Assembly: GCA_014360805.1 (NCBI GenBank)
Contig: JACIWU010000006.1
Coordinates: 8,199-72,198 of the forward strand
DNA: 64,000 bases
Source: Chloroflexota bacterium
GTDB taxonomy: Bacteria > Chloroflexota > Anaerolineae > DTLA01
Direction: 5' to 3'
Positions 16,263 to 25,148 of this stretch are shown one piece after another. The position numbers and the translations under genes are program-made. Each line of letters begins with the position of its first letter. Within the stretch, counting starts at the first letter, position 1. Below the pieces are notes generated by a model that did no database searches, was not told the origin of the DNA, and saw nothing but the letters and a program-made list of their open reading frames with translations.

Positions 16263-17312
16263 ATGGACGATGTGTACGAGCACCTGGCCGACGCGCTGAA
16301 CCGCTTGCCCAACGGCTTCCCCCGAACGGCCACCGGCGTGGAACTGCGCATTCTGCAGAAGATCTTTGCCCCCGAAGAGGCGGCACTGGCTGCGCGACTC
16401 ACGGGCGAGATGGAGCCGGTGGACGCCATCGCCGCGCGGGTGGGGCTGCCCGAGGAGACGGTGCTGCCGGCGCTCAAGGCCATGGCGCGGCGCGGCCTGG
16501 TCTGGGGCGACAAGCACGAGGGCGAGCGCCGCTTCCGCCTGGCGCCGTTCGTCGTGGGCATCTACGAGGGGCACCTGGAGCGGATGGATCACGAGTTCGC
16601 CCACCTGTTTGAGGAGTACATGGCGGCAGGCGGCACGGCGGGCATCATGGGGGTTCAGCCGGCGCTCCATCGCGTGGTGCCGGCGCGGGGCGCGGCCAAG
16701 ACCGAATGGATTCTGCCCTACGATGACGTGAAGGCACTGCTCATGGACGGCAAGACGTTCCGCGTGCGCGACTGCATCTGCCGCGTGCAGCAGAAACTCA
16801 TCGGCAAGGGGTGCGACAAGCCGCTGCACACGTGCCTGGTCTTCTACTCCATCCCGCTGCCGCCCGAGCCGAACGACATCACCCTGGACGAGGCGCTGGC
16901 CCTGCTGGACATGACCGAGGCGGCGGCGCTGGTGCACACCGTGAGCAACGTGGCGAAGGGCGTGAGTTACGTGTGCAACTGCTGCGGGTGCTGCTGCGGC
17001 ATCCTGCGGGGCATCACCGAGTACGGCCTGGCCGATTCGGTGGCCGCGGCCAACTACTACGCGGTGGTGGACGAGATCGCCTGCACCGGCTGCGGCATCT
17101 GCGAAAGCCGCTGCCAGGTGGGGGCCATTGCCGTCGGCGACGCGGTGGCCGCCGTGGATCGGGCGCGGTGCATCGGGTGCGGTCTGTGCGCCAGCGGCTG
17201 CCCCGAGGGGGCCGTCGCGCTGCACCTGAAGCCCGAGGCGGAGATCGTCCACCCGCCCGAGGACTTCGCGGCGTGGGAGCGGGCACGGCTGCGCAATCGC
17301 GGCATGGCGTGA
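16263..17312 (+). CDS. 4Fe-4S dicluster domain protein with N-terminal winged-helix-like region (349 aa)
   Basis: Cys clusters CNCCGCCCG, CTGCGICESRC and CIGCGLCASGCP. A good SD precedes the start. Confidence 0.85.
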   Translation: MDDVYEHLADALNRLPNGFPRTATGVELRILQKIFAPEEAALAARLTGEMEPVDAIAARVGLPEETVLPALKAMARRGLVWGDKHEGERRFRLAPFVVGIYEGHLERMDHEFAHLFEEYMAAGGTAGIMGVQPALHRVVPARGAAKTEWILPYDDVKALLMDGKTFRVRDCICRVQQKLIGKGCDKPLHTCLVFYSIPLPPEPNDITLDEALALLDMTEAAALVHTVSNVAKGVSYVCNCCGCCCGILRGITEYGLADSVAAANYYAVVDEIACTGCGICESRCQVGAIAVGDAVAAVDRARCIGCGLCASGCPEGAVALHLKPEAEIVHPPEDFAAWERARLRNRGMA

Positions 17313-17420
17313 GCCGATGCCCGGCACGGGCCGAACGAGGCCATCGCCCAACCGGTCTGTGCGGCGCTGGCGGAGCGGGAGATGCCGAAGGCGCGGGGGT
17401 GGCGCGCCCGCCCGACGCTG

Positions 17421-17553
17421 AAGCATCGGGCTGAACGGGCGAAGCCCTGCGGGCTGGCCGCAGGGCGAGGGTTTAGCCCTGTCCGGGGCCGGCGTCATCC
17501 ACAAATGACACGAATCAGCACGAATGGGGTGGGGTGAGGACAGACCCCACCCT
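17421..17553 (+). repeat. family B element with 5' arm, followed by a GGGGTGGGGT..ACCCCACCC hairpin
   Basis: AAGCATCGGGCTGAACGGGCGAAGCCCTGCGGGCTGG ... GTCATCCACAAATGACACGAATCAGCACGAATGGGG, parallel to 13228-13298. Confidence 0.8.
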
Positions 17554-17676
17554 CTTGGGGAAGCGGAAGGCGCGGGGGTGGGGTGCGCCCGCGGGTGCGA
17601 GGTCTTTCGGCGTCCCGTGCTTCTCGCAATGTGGGTTACCAACAGACTTTGAGTCGGCATCGCCGGGCCGGTGAGT

Positions 17677-17705
17677 TTGACCGAAGTCTCGCGATACGCT
17701 ATTAT
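17677..17705 (+). promoter_or_regulatory. sigma-70-like promoter TTGACC-17-TATTAT
   Basis: TTGACC at 17677-17682 and TATTAT at 17700-17705. GAGGGAGGG and ATG 17733 lie downstream. Confidence 0.45.
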
Positions 17706-17732
17706 CGGCGCATATTTCACAGAGGGAGGGAG

Positions 17733-18758
17733 ATGCCAGCGCCCGAACCCGCTTGCGATTTGCCCATCCTCCTACTCCATGACGTTGATCCGACGCTCTC
17801 GCCCTCGGACCTGAATCAGGTTCTTGCGGATGTCAACGCGCTGGAGAGTGCCTTGCGTGAACAGGGCCATTCGGTAGTGAACGTGCCTGTCCGCGATGCC
17901 GATTTGGCAGCGCGTCTCCGAGATTTTGCCCCCAATGAATTCCTGGTCTTCAACTGGTGCGAATCGCTCCCCGACGTACCCCACAGCGAGGCTTTGGTGG
18001 CGGAGGTGTTGGAGCGCCAGGGGTACACGTACACGGGTTCCCCGCCCGACGTGCTGGCGCGGAGTTGGGAGAAGCATGGGGTCAAAACGCTGTTGTGCAA
18101 AGCGGGTGTGCCTACCCCCGTGTGGCGCGTCTATGACTCGGATCGGCTGGATGGTTGGCATCGTTTTCCTGCCATCGTCAAGCCGGCACGGGAGCACTGC
18201 AGTTTGGGCGTAACTCCCCAGGCCGTCGTTGTGAACGCCGAGGAGTTGCGGCGACGAATCGCTTACGTGCTGGATACGTTCCACCAGCCTGCCCTCGTGG
18301 AAGACTTCATTGACGGGCGCGAGTTGCACGTGTCCCTCTGGGGCAACGGTCGCATTGAGATGCTGCCTCCCGCCGAGATGGATTTCAGCAAGTTCACGGA
18401 CATGCGCGACCGCCTCTGTTCCTACGACTCCAAGTTCACGCCGGGCACGCGACCTTACGAGGAGATAGGGCTGAAGGTGCCGGCGCCTCTGGTCGCGCAG
18501 GAGTATGCGTGTCTTCGCCGAACCTGCCTGCTGGCCTATCGGGCGCTCGGCTGTCGCGACTACGCGCGGCTGGACATTCGGCTGCGCGACGGCACATTCT
18601 ACGTGCTGGACGTGAACCCAAATCCGGACATCAGTGGAGAGACCTCCACCGTGTACGCGGCCAAGGAAAGGGGCTACACGTACGGTGCGATGCTCAGCCG
18701 CATCGCGAACCTGGCTACGCATCGTCATCCGCTCTTTGGCGCGGCACGCCGGCACTGA
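17733..18758 (+). CDS. ATP-grasp enzyme, D-alanine--D-alanine ligase family (341 aa)
   Basis: ORF 17583..18758; I chose ATG 17733 after GAGGGAGGG. Motifs: FPAIVKPAREHCSLGV, ALVEDFIDGRELHVSLWGNG, RDYARLDIRLRDGTFYVLDVNPNPD. Confidence 0.85.
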   Translation: MPAPEPACDLPILLLHDVDPTLSPSDLNQVLADVNALESALREQGHSVVNVPVRDADLAARLRDFAPNEFLVFNWCESLPDVPHSEALVAEVLERQGYTYTGSPPDVLARSWEKHGVKTLLCKAGVPTPVWRVYDSDRLDGWHRFPAIVKPAREHCSLGVTPQAVVVNAEELRRRIAYVLDTFHQPALVEDFIDGRELHVSLWGNGRIEMLPPAEMDFSKFTDMRDRLCSYDSKFTPGTRPYEEIGLKVPAPLVAQEYACLRRTCLLAYRALGCRDYARLDIRLRDGTFYVLDVNPNPDISGETSTVYAAKERGYTYGAMLSRIANLATHRHPLFGAARRH

Positions 18759-18985
18759 CGGCTTGGCGAGAGTCGCCTGCTCGGTTGGGGCGGGCACAGG
18801 GTTCGGTTGATTCGGCGCCACTTGACGGTGGGCCTGCGCGCCATGCGCAAGGTGGCACTCGGCATCTGGAGAGCGCGCGCTGCCCCCCATGTCGCCCTGG
18901 GTTCTTGTTAGGGGGCGCATCGGGTTCCGCATTCCTGGCTGGCGGAACTGCGCATCTTCTCGTTTGCAGAAGGGAGGTCATTGGC

Positions 18986-20449
18986 ATGAGTGTGAATCCC
19001 TATCGCCTGCCCGAAAAGGGCATCCCCAAAGATGAAGTTCTGGCCGCCATGCGGGCGCTGCGCGACAAGGACGTGAAGTGGCAGGACGGCCGCCTGTTCA
19101 GTCTCGTGTACTACGCTGGCGAGGAGATTACCGACGTGCTCAAGGAGGCGGCGCTGCTGTTCTTCTCCGAGAACGGCCTGAACCCGTCGGTCTTCCCCAG
19201 CCTGCGCCAGATGGAGGCCGAGGTGGTGGCCATGAGCGCCGACCTGCTGGGGGGCGACGAGCAGACCGTGGGCAACATGACTTCCGGCGGGACGGAAAGC
19301 ATCCTGCTGGCGGTGAAGGCGGCGCGAGAATGGGCGCGGGTCCACCGCCCCGACATCCGCCAGCCCGAGATGGTCCTGCCGCTGACGGCGCACCCGGCCT
19401 TTGAGAAGGCGGCGCACTACTTTGACGTCCGACCGGTGCGCACGGCCATCGGGCCCGACTTCCGCGCCGATGTGGAAGCGGCGCGCGCGGCCATCACCCC
19501 CCGCACCATCCTCATGGTGGGATCGGCACCCGCCTATCCCTTCGGCGTCGTGGACCCCATCGCCGACATGGCCGCCATCGCCCAGGAGCGCGGCATCCTG
19601 TTCCACGTGGACGCGTGCGTGGGCGGGTTCATGCTGCCCTTTGTGCGCAAGTTGGGCTATCCCGTGCCCGACTTTGACTTCCGCGTGCCGGGCGTTACGT
19701 CCATCTCGGCGGATTTGCACAAGTACGGCTACTGCGTCAAGGGGGCGTCGGTGATCCTGTACCGCGACGCCGCGCTGCGCCGCCACCAGTTTTTCGCCTA
19801 CACCGATTGGCCCGGCGGCATCTACGCCTCGCCGACGATGGCGGGGACGCGCCCCGCGGGGCCGATTGCGGCGGCGTGGGCCATCCTGCACTACCTGGGC
19901 GAGGAGGGCTACATGGCGCTGGCGGCCCTGGTGATGGACACCGTGGGAAGAATCCGCGCGGGCGTGGAGGCGATTCCGGGCCTGCGGGTGCTGGGCCAGC
20001 CGCACATGAGCATCATGGCGCTGGCATCCGATACGGTGAACATCTACGAGGTGGGCGATGAGATGGCGCTGCGCGGGTGGCACCTGGACCGTCAGCAGTT
20101 CCCGCCCAGTCTGCATGTAACGGTGATGCCGGTGCACGCGGAGGTGGCCGATGCGTTCCTGCGCGACTTGGCCGAGGCGACCGACGCGGCGCGGCGCATC
20201 AGCGCGGCCAAGGTGCGCGACCGGCTGCTGGTGGGCCTGGCCGGCGCGGCGACGCGGCTGCTGCCCGAAACGTGGGTGAGCCGCCTTATGACGGGGGCGT
20301 CGGCGCTCATGGGCAAGAGCGCGGGGTCGGCTACGGGGCGCTCGGCGGCGATGTACGGCATGATGGGCACGCTGCCCAATCGCGGCGACCTGCGCGAGTT
20401 GGTGCTGGACGTGCTGGACGGCCTCACCCGCGCGGGTAACCGCGAATAA
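18986..20449 (+). CDS. PLP-dependent group II decarboxylase-fold enzyme, sphingosine-1-phosphate-lyase-like (487 aa)
   Basis: ORF 18509..20449; I chose ATG 18986 after GGGAGG. The PLP-lysine block ISADLHKYGYCVKGASVILY closely follows the SPL-type pattern (ISADxHKYGxxxKGxSxxLY). GGTESILLAVKAAREWA is also present. Confidence 0.8.
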   Translation: MSVNPYRLPEKGIPKDEVLAAMRALRDKDVKWQDGRLFSLVYYAGEEITDVLKEAALLFFSENGLNPSVFPSLRQMEAEVVAMSADLLGGDEQTVGNMTSGGTESILLAVKAAREWARVHRPDIRQPEMVLPLTAHPAFEKAAHYFDVRPVRTAIGPDFRADVEAARAAITPRTILMVGSAPAYPFGVVDPIADMAAIAQERGILFHVDACVGGFMLPFVRKLGYPVPDFDFRVPGVTSISADLHKYGYCVKGASVILYRDAALRRHQFFAYTDWPGGIYASPTMAGTRPAGPIAAAWAILHYLGEEGYMALAALVMDTVGRIRAGVEAIPGLRVLGQPHMSIMALASDTVNIYEVGDEMALRGWHLDRQQFPPSLHVTVMPVHAEVADAFLRDLAEATDAARRISAAKVRDRLLVGLAGAATRLLPETWVSRLMTGASALMGKSAGSATGRSAAMYGMMGTLPNRGDLRELVLDVLDGLTRAGNRE

Positions 20450-21019
20450 CGCGAATGGACGCGAAGGGATGAAGGGCAGAGGGAGCCGCAAATGACGCGA
20501 ATTGACGCGAAACATCGGGCTACCGTAACCGCGAATGAACGCGAATTCAGGGGGAAGAGAGTGTGACTGACCTGTTGCTCAAAGATGAGGTATACGCCAT
20601 TGTTGGCGCAGCCATGGAAGTGTACAACGAACTGGGTTCGGGGTTTCTGGAGCCGGTCTATCAGGAAGCCATGGAGTGGGAATTGGCGCGGAGACGTATT
20701 CCCTACGAAGCACAGAAGGAGATCAACATCTTGTATAAGGGCCATGCTCTGCGCAAAACCTATGTTGCCGACCTGGTTGTCTATGGCCAAATCATCGTTG
20801 AGATCAAGGCCGTTGCTCAACTGACCGCGGTTGAGGAAGCGCAACTTCTCAACTATTTGAAAGCAACCGGGCTGGAGGTGGGACTGCTGATGAACTTCCA
20901 TGCACCGCACAAGTTGGAATGGAGGCGTATGGTAAGAACACAGAGAGCCCTGCCTCACCGCTCCTCCACATCCTAACTCCTGACCCATTCGCGTGGATTC
21001 GCGTTATTCGCGGTTATCG
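20436..21019. mobile_element. GxxExxY gene cassette bracketed by family B inverted repeats (MITE-like / cassette-like unit, no transposase)
   Basis: A 20-nt perfect inverted repeat TAACCGCGAATAACGCGAAT lies at 20437-20456, with its reverse complement at 20997-21016. About 29 of 32 nt match over the longer arms. The interior looks lower in G+C than the flanks. Confidence 0.55.
20563..20976 (+). CDS. GxxExxY family protein (PD-(D/E)XK-like fold; 137 aa)
   Basis: GTG start at 20563. GFLEPVYQEAMEWEL carries the GxxExxY signature. ADLVVYGQIIVEIKAV and QLLNYLKATGLEVGLLMNF are typical of the family. Confidence 0.85.
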   Translation: MTDLLLKDEVYAIVGAAMEVYNELGSGFLEPVYQEAMEWELARRRIPYEAQKEINILYKGHALRKTYVADLVVYGQIIVEIKAVAQLTAVEEAQLLNYLKATGLEVGLLMNFHAPHKLEWRRMVRTQRALPHRSSTS

Positions 21020-21039
21020 TACCTTATAAGGAGGCGGAG

Positions 21040-22473
21040 ATGACGACAACACAGGAGAGGCCGCTGTCGCGGCTGGTGAAACTGGTCTACGGTTCGGGCG
21101 AGTGGAGTTACGCGTCCTTTGGAACCCTGCGGCAAATCTTCTACGCCATCTTTCTGACCGATGTCGTGGGGCTGGACGCGCGGCTGGCGTCGTTCGCGGC
21201 GCTGCTCGGCATCATCTGGGATGCGGTGAACGACCCACTGGTGGGCGTGCTGAGCGACAAGGTGCGGTCGCGGTGGGGGCGGCGCAGGCCGTTCCTGTTG
21301 TGGTTTGCCGTCCCATTCGGGCTGGGGTTCCTGGCGTTGTGGTGGGCGCCGCCGTGGAAGAGCCAGGCCGCGCTGTTCATCACCGTCATGCTGGCCTACA
21401 TGCTCAGCGACACGTTCCAGACCCTGGTGTCGGTGCCCTACGCGGCGCTGACGCCGGAGATCGCGCCCGACTACGACGAGCGCACCAGCGTTACCGGCTA
21501 CCGCATGTTCTTCAATCTGCTGGCGTCGCTGGTAACCGCCGTGGCGGGGCCGATGGTGGTGAAGAGCACGTTGGCGGCGGGCGGCACGCTCCAGCAGGGC
21601 TACATCACCGTCGCGGCGATGTTCGGCGGGCTGGCAGTCATCCCGTGGCTGCTCATCTTCGCCGTCGTCCGCGAGAAGCCGCGCACCCCCGCCCAACTGG
21701 CCGAGACGATCTCGTTCCGCGAGTCGGTGCGCTCGGCCTGGGCCAACATCCCCTTCCGCTTCGCCACCGGCATCTACATGCTCAACTGGATCACCTTTGA
21801 CCTGGTGGCGCTCATGTTGCCCTTCTTCCTCACGTACTGGGTGTCGCAGGGCAACCTGGTGGCGTCGCTGGACTTCCTGGGCGGGCCGATGGCCATTGAG
21901 TCGGTGGTGTTGGGGCTGCTGCTCATCACGGCGGTGGTATCGCTGCCGTTCTGGACGTACCTGGCGCGGAAACTGTCCAAGCGCACGGCCTACATCATCG
22001 CCATGGCGTTCTGGGCCGTGGTGCAATTGGTTACGCTGCTGGTGCGGCCCTTCCAGACCACATTCGTGCTGGCGCTGGCGGTGATGGCAGGCATCAGCGT
22101 GGGGACGGCGCACGTGTTGCCCGATGCCATCTTCCCCGACGTGCTGGAGTGGGACGAACTGCGCACGGGCAAGCGGCGCGAGGGGATTTACTACGGCATC
22201 AAGAACTTCGTGCGGAAACTGGCGGGCGCGGCGGCTATCTTCCTGGCGCTCCAGGTGCTGGGCTGGTTTGGCTATCGCAACCCGCCCGAGGGGGTTACGC
22301 AATTCGCGCAACCGGCGTCGGCGCTGGGGGCCATTCGGTTCATGCTGGGGCCGATGGGCGCAATCCTGCTCGCCTGCGCGATTGTGATGGCGTGGTTCTA
22401 TCCCCTGACGCGGGAGCGCCACGCCCGCATCCGGCGGCTGCTGGCCAAACGCAAGGCCCGCATGGGGGCGTAG
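21040..22473 (+). CDS. MFS transporter, glycoside-pentoside-hexuronide (GPH):cation symporter family (477 aa)
   Basis: AAGGAGG precedes ATG 21040. The N-terminal block GIIWDAVNDPLVGVLSDKVRSRWGRRRPFLL is a GPH/MelB-type signature. About 12 hydrophobic segments. Confidence 0.9.
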   Translation: MTTTQERPLSRLVKLVYGSGEWSYASFGTLRQIFYAIFLTDVVGLDARLASFAALLGIIWDAVNDPLVGVLSDKVRSRWGRRRPFLLWFAVPFGLGFLALWWAPPWKSQAALFITVMLAYMLSDTFQTLVSVPYAALTPEIAPDYDERTSVTGYRMFFNLLASLVTAVAGPMVVKSTLAAGGTLQQGYITVAAMFGGLAVIPWLLIFAVVREKPRTPAQLAETISFRESVRSAWANIPFRFATGIYMLNWITFDLVALMLPFFLTYWVSQGNLVASLDFLGGPMAIESVVLGLLLITAVVSLPFWTYLARKLSKRTAYIIAMAFWAVVQLVTLLVRPFQTTFVLALAVMAGISVGTAHVLPDAIFPDVLEWDELRTGKRREGIYYGIKNFVRKLAGAAAIFLALQVLGWFGYRNPPEGVTQFAQPASALGAIRFMLGPMGAILLACAIVMAWFYPLTRERHARIRRLLAKRKARMGA

Positions 22474-22488
22474 GGCCCAATCCGCGAA

Positions 22489-22539
22489 GGGCACGGATGG
22501 GCGGCAAAGGCGTTCCAGTCGCGTGCCGCCGCCGTGCCC
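22489..22539. terminator. long GC-rich hairpin between convergent genes (bidirectional terminator candidate)
   Basis: GGGCACGG (22489-22496) pairs with CCGTGCCC (22532-22539), with an inner GCGGCA/TGCCGC pairing. No clear U-tract. Confidence 0.35.
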
Positions 22540-22540
22540 A

Positions 22541-23398
22541 TCAGCGCGCCTTCCACTCGGCGGAATCCGGATAGAACAGCGGCTGGCCAGCAATGGTGAA
22601 CTCCAGAAGCCGCGCCTGGGTCTCCGCCGACGTGAGCCAGTCCACGAACTTCATCGCCAGGTCGTGCTTCACGTTGGGATGTTTGGCGGGGTTGACGGCG
22701 ATGACGCCGTAGGGATTCCGCAAGGTCGGGTCGGGGTTCTTGTCCGGCGTCTCGCCGCCGACGAAGATCGCCAGGTTCAGTTTGTCGCGCATGGACAGGT
22801 AGGTGCCGCGATCGGCCAGCGTGTACGCGCCTTTCTCGCCGGCGAACAGGAGCGTGTCGCCCATTCCCTGGCCCAGCGAGAAGTACCAGCCCGAAGCCGG
22901 GTCGGGCGTGATTCCGGCGGCCCGCCAGATGGCCTTTTCCTTGGCTTCGGTGCCAGAGCCGTCGCCTCGGGACGCGAAGGGGGCTTGCGCCTGGGCGATG
23001 CGGGCGAAAGCCTCGGCGGCGGTCGCGCTGCCCCCGACGCGGGCGGGGTCTGACCGCGGCCCTACGAGGATGAAGTCGTTGTACATCACATCCCTGCGGC
23101 TGACGCCATCGCCGTTGGCCACGAAAGCCTCCTCCTGGGCGCGGGCGTGGACCAGCACCACGTCGGCGTCGCCCTTGGCGGCGATAGCCAGCGCCTGGCC
23201 CGTGCCCACGGCGATAATCTGCACGTCGCAGTTGTACTTCGCCTCAAAGTCGGGCAGGAGAAAGTCCAGCAGGCCCGAGTCGGCGGTGCTGGTGGTGGTG
23301 GCGAGGACGAGTTTCTGGGGCGGCGTGGCCGCGCCGCAGCCGTGAAGCGCCAGCAGGATTGCGAGGACAATCGCGAACGGCGCGCATCTGATCCGCAT
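22541..23398 (-). CDS. tupA: tungstate ABC transporter substrate-binding protein (285 aa)
   Basis: ORF 22541..23488; I chose ATG 23398 after GGGAGGG. It has a lipoprotein-like signal (LLALHGCGA). ATTTSTADSGLLDFLLPDFE...IAVGTGQALAIAAKGDADVVLVHA...VMYNDFILVGP is the TupA-type pattern. Confidence 0.8.
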   Translation of the reverse strand: MRIRCAPFAIVLAILLALHGCGAATPPQKLVLATTTSTADSGLLDFLLPDFEAKYNCDVQIIAVGTGQALAIAAKGDADVVLVHARAQEEAFVANGDGVSRRDVMYNDFILVGPRSDPARVGGSATAAEAFARIAQAQAPFASRGDGSGTEAKEKAIWRAAGITPDPASGWYFSLGQGMGDTLLFAGEKGAYTLADRGTYLSMRDKLNLAIFVGGETPDKNPDPTLRNPYGVIAVNPAKHPNVKHDLAMKFVDWLTSAETQARLLEFTIAGQPLFYPDSAEWKAR

Positions 23399-23414
23399 GG
23401 CCGGGACCCTCCCG

Positions 23415-24146
23415 CTAGTACACCATGTCCCCGCGCACAAAGGCGCGCGTGCGGGGGTCTTTCGGCGACTCAAAAAACGTCTCGGCATCGGCGGTCTCCA
23501 CGCACTCGCCGTCCAGCAGGAACATAACCCGATCGGCCAGGCGGCGGGCCTGGAAGACGTTGTGCGTAACCAGGACGACCGTTGTGTGATTGTGGTGGCG
23601 CAAACGCTTCAGCGCGTCCTCTATCACCGACACGTTGTACGGGTCCAAGTTGGCCGTCGGCTCGTCCAGCAGGAGCACCTCGGGTTCCAGCACCAGCGCG
23701 CGAGCCAGGGCCACGCGCTGGAGTTCGCCGCCCGACAGAGTGTGCGCTGCCGCGTGGGCCATGTGGGCCAGCCCCACCATCTCCAGCGCCTGCTCCACCC
23801 GCGCGCGCACGTTGTCGGCTCGGCGGGCGCGCAGGCCGTAGGCCACGTTGTGGAAAACGCTGGCGGTCAGCAGGAGCGGGCGCTGGAAGACCATCGTAAC
23901 GCGCCGTCGCAGGTTCAGGGGCGGCGGCCAGCGCACCGGTTCTGACCTCCCGCCGAAGTACAGCACGCCCTCGGTGGGCGGCTCCAGCAGCGCCAGCACC
24001 CGCAACAGGGTGCTCTTGCCCGCGCCGCTGGGCCCCACGATGCCCAGGAGGTCGCCCGCGTTGACGGTGAGTTGGCCCACGCGCAGGACGGTGCGCCGAC
24101 CGTAGATGACCCGCAGGTTCTCGCCCTGATACACCCACTCGCTCAT
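23415..24146 (-). CDS. tupC: ABC transporter ATP-binding protein (243 aa)
   Basis: Walker A GPSGAGKST, signature LSGGELQRVALARAL, Walker B LLLDEPT. The ATG overlaps the permease stop (ATGA). Confidence 0.85.
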   Translation of the reverse strand: MSEWVYQGENLRVIYGRRTVLRVGQLTVNAGDLLGIVGPSGAGKSTLLRVLALLEPPTEGVLYFGGRSEPVRWPPPLNLRRRVTMVFQRPLLLTASVFHNVAYGLRARRADNVRARVEQALEMVGLAHMAHAAAHTLSGGELQRVALARALVLEPEVLLLDEPTANLDPYNVSVIEDALKRLRHHNHTTVVLVTHNVFQARRLADRVMFLLDGECVETADAETFFESPKDPRTRAFVRGDMVY

Positions 24147-24850
24147 GTGGTCTTTCCCTGGAGGCGGAGCATGAGGACGTTGCTCAGAAACGACAACAGG
24201 AGCAGGATGAGCGCCAACGCGATGGCCAGGCTGAAGTTGCCGCGTCGGGTCTCCAGGACGATGGCCGTGGTGAGGACGCGGGTGGAGCCCTGGATGTTGC
24301 CGCCAACCAGCATGACCGCGCCCACCTCCGAGATAATGCTCCCGAAGCCCGCGATGATGGAGACGATAACGCCAAATCGGGCCTCACGCAGCACGGCCAG
24401 GGTCGCCTGCCAATGGGTCGCGCCCAGGGAGATCAACTGCTGGCGCAGGTTGGGGTCCACGCCCTTGACGGCGGCCATGGTGAACCCGGCCACCAGCGGG
24501 AACGCGATGATGACCTGGGCCACGACCATGGCGCCGACGGTGAACAGGCGCGGCAGCCACGGGGCATTGAGGCTACCCAGGGGGCCGCTCTGCGACAGGA
24601 GAAGGTACACGAACAGCCCCACCACGACGGGCGGGAACCCCATGCCCGTGTAGAGGAGCGCCACCATGAGCCTGCGGCCCACGAAGCGCGAGAACCCCAG
24701 CCACGCGCCCAGCGGGATGCCGATGGTGGCGCTGAGGAGCAGGGCCGTGCCCGACACGCGCAGCGATACGGCCACAATCTGCAGCACCTCGGGGTCCAGG
24801 TGCCACAAGAGCAGGACGGCCTGTTTGAGCCCCTCCCAAATCTCGTTGAT
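24143..24850 (-). CDS. tupB: ABC transporter permease (about 235 aa); start codon uncertain, possibly non-canonical ATC
   Basis: Five or six TM segments and an EAA-like loop (AVKGVDPNLRQQLISLGAT). No ATG/GTG/TTG lies near the expected N-terminus (INEIWEGLKQAVLLLWHLDPEV). GAGGGAGG sits 6 nt upstream of ATC at 24848-24850. Confidence 0.75.
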   Translation of the reverse strand: MNEIWEGLKQAVLLLWHLDPEVLQIVAVSLRVSGTALLLSATIGIPLGAWLGFSRFVGRRLMVALLYTGMGFPPVVVGLFVYLLLSQSGPLGSLNAPWLPRLFTVGAMVVAQVIIAFPLVAGFTMAAVKGVDPNLRQQLISLGATHWQATLAVLREARFGVIVSIIAGFGSIISEVGAVMLVGGNIQGSTRVLTTAIVLETRRGNFSLAIALALILLLLSFLSNVLMLRLQGKTT

Positions 24851-24942
24851 GGCGTACCTCCCTCGGCGGGACCTGGCGTCGCGGGTTGGGCGAATGCAGG
24901 ATTCGCCCCCTGCGGCGCTTCGGATTCCCTCGGTCTCTCCGC

Positions 24943-24979
24943 GCAAAACGAATCGGCTGCCCGGAAAGAGCAGCCGACA
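24943..24979 (-). terminator. intrinsic terminator in the tupBCA leader (riboswitch expression platform candidate)
   Basis: Minus-strand RNA has a 9-bp stem GUCGGCUGC / GCAGCCGAU with loop UCUUUCCGG, followed by UCGUUUUG. Confidence 0.6.
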
Positions 24980-24994
24980 TGGACAAAGGGCTGC

Positions 24995-25120
24995 GGTTCT
25001 CCTTTCCGAGCACGGGGGGCGTGGGTGTTTCCACCCGCACCGTTGGCCCGAGGGGTTGCCCCCTGGGCGCTGCGGCTGCGCGCCATGGGCCGTCGCCTTT
25101 AGGCCGCGCAGCTCGGAGAG
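24995..25120 (-). promoter_or_regulatory. Moco (molybdenum/tungsten cofactor) riboswitch candidate
   Basis: The minus-strand RNA starts CUCUCCGAGC and closes with GCUCGGAAAGGAGAACC (P1 CUCCGAGC/GCUCGGAG-like). Internal hairpins are GCUGCGCG..CGCGCAGC, GGGG-GCAA-CCCC and GGGUG-GAAA-CACCC. Its position upstream of a tungstate transporter is the classic context. The motif match is from memory, not a covariance model. Confidence 0.5.
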
Positions 25121-25148
25121 CCTGGCCGATATTCGGTTCTTCGCGGCA

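Noticed and set aside
16209-22593. Minus-strand ORFs 16209..17720, 17772..18932, 18908..20515, 20092..20988 and 21004..22593
   Set aside because: Each is antisense to a plus-strand gene with clear family motifs (4Fe-4S protein, ATP-grasp, SPL-like, GxxExxY, GPH transporter). Their composition is that of an artefact.
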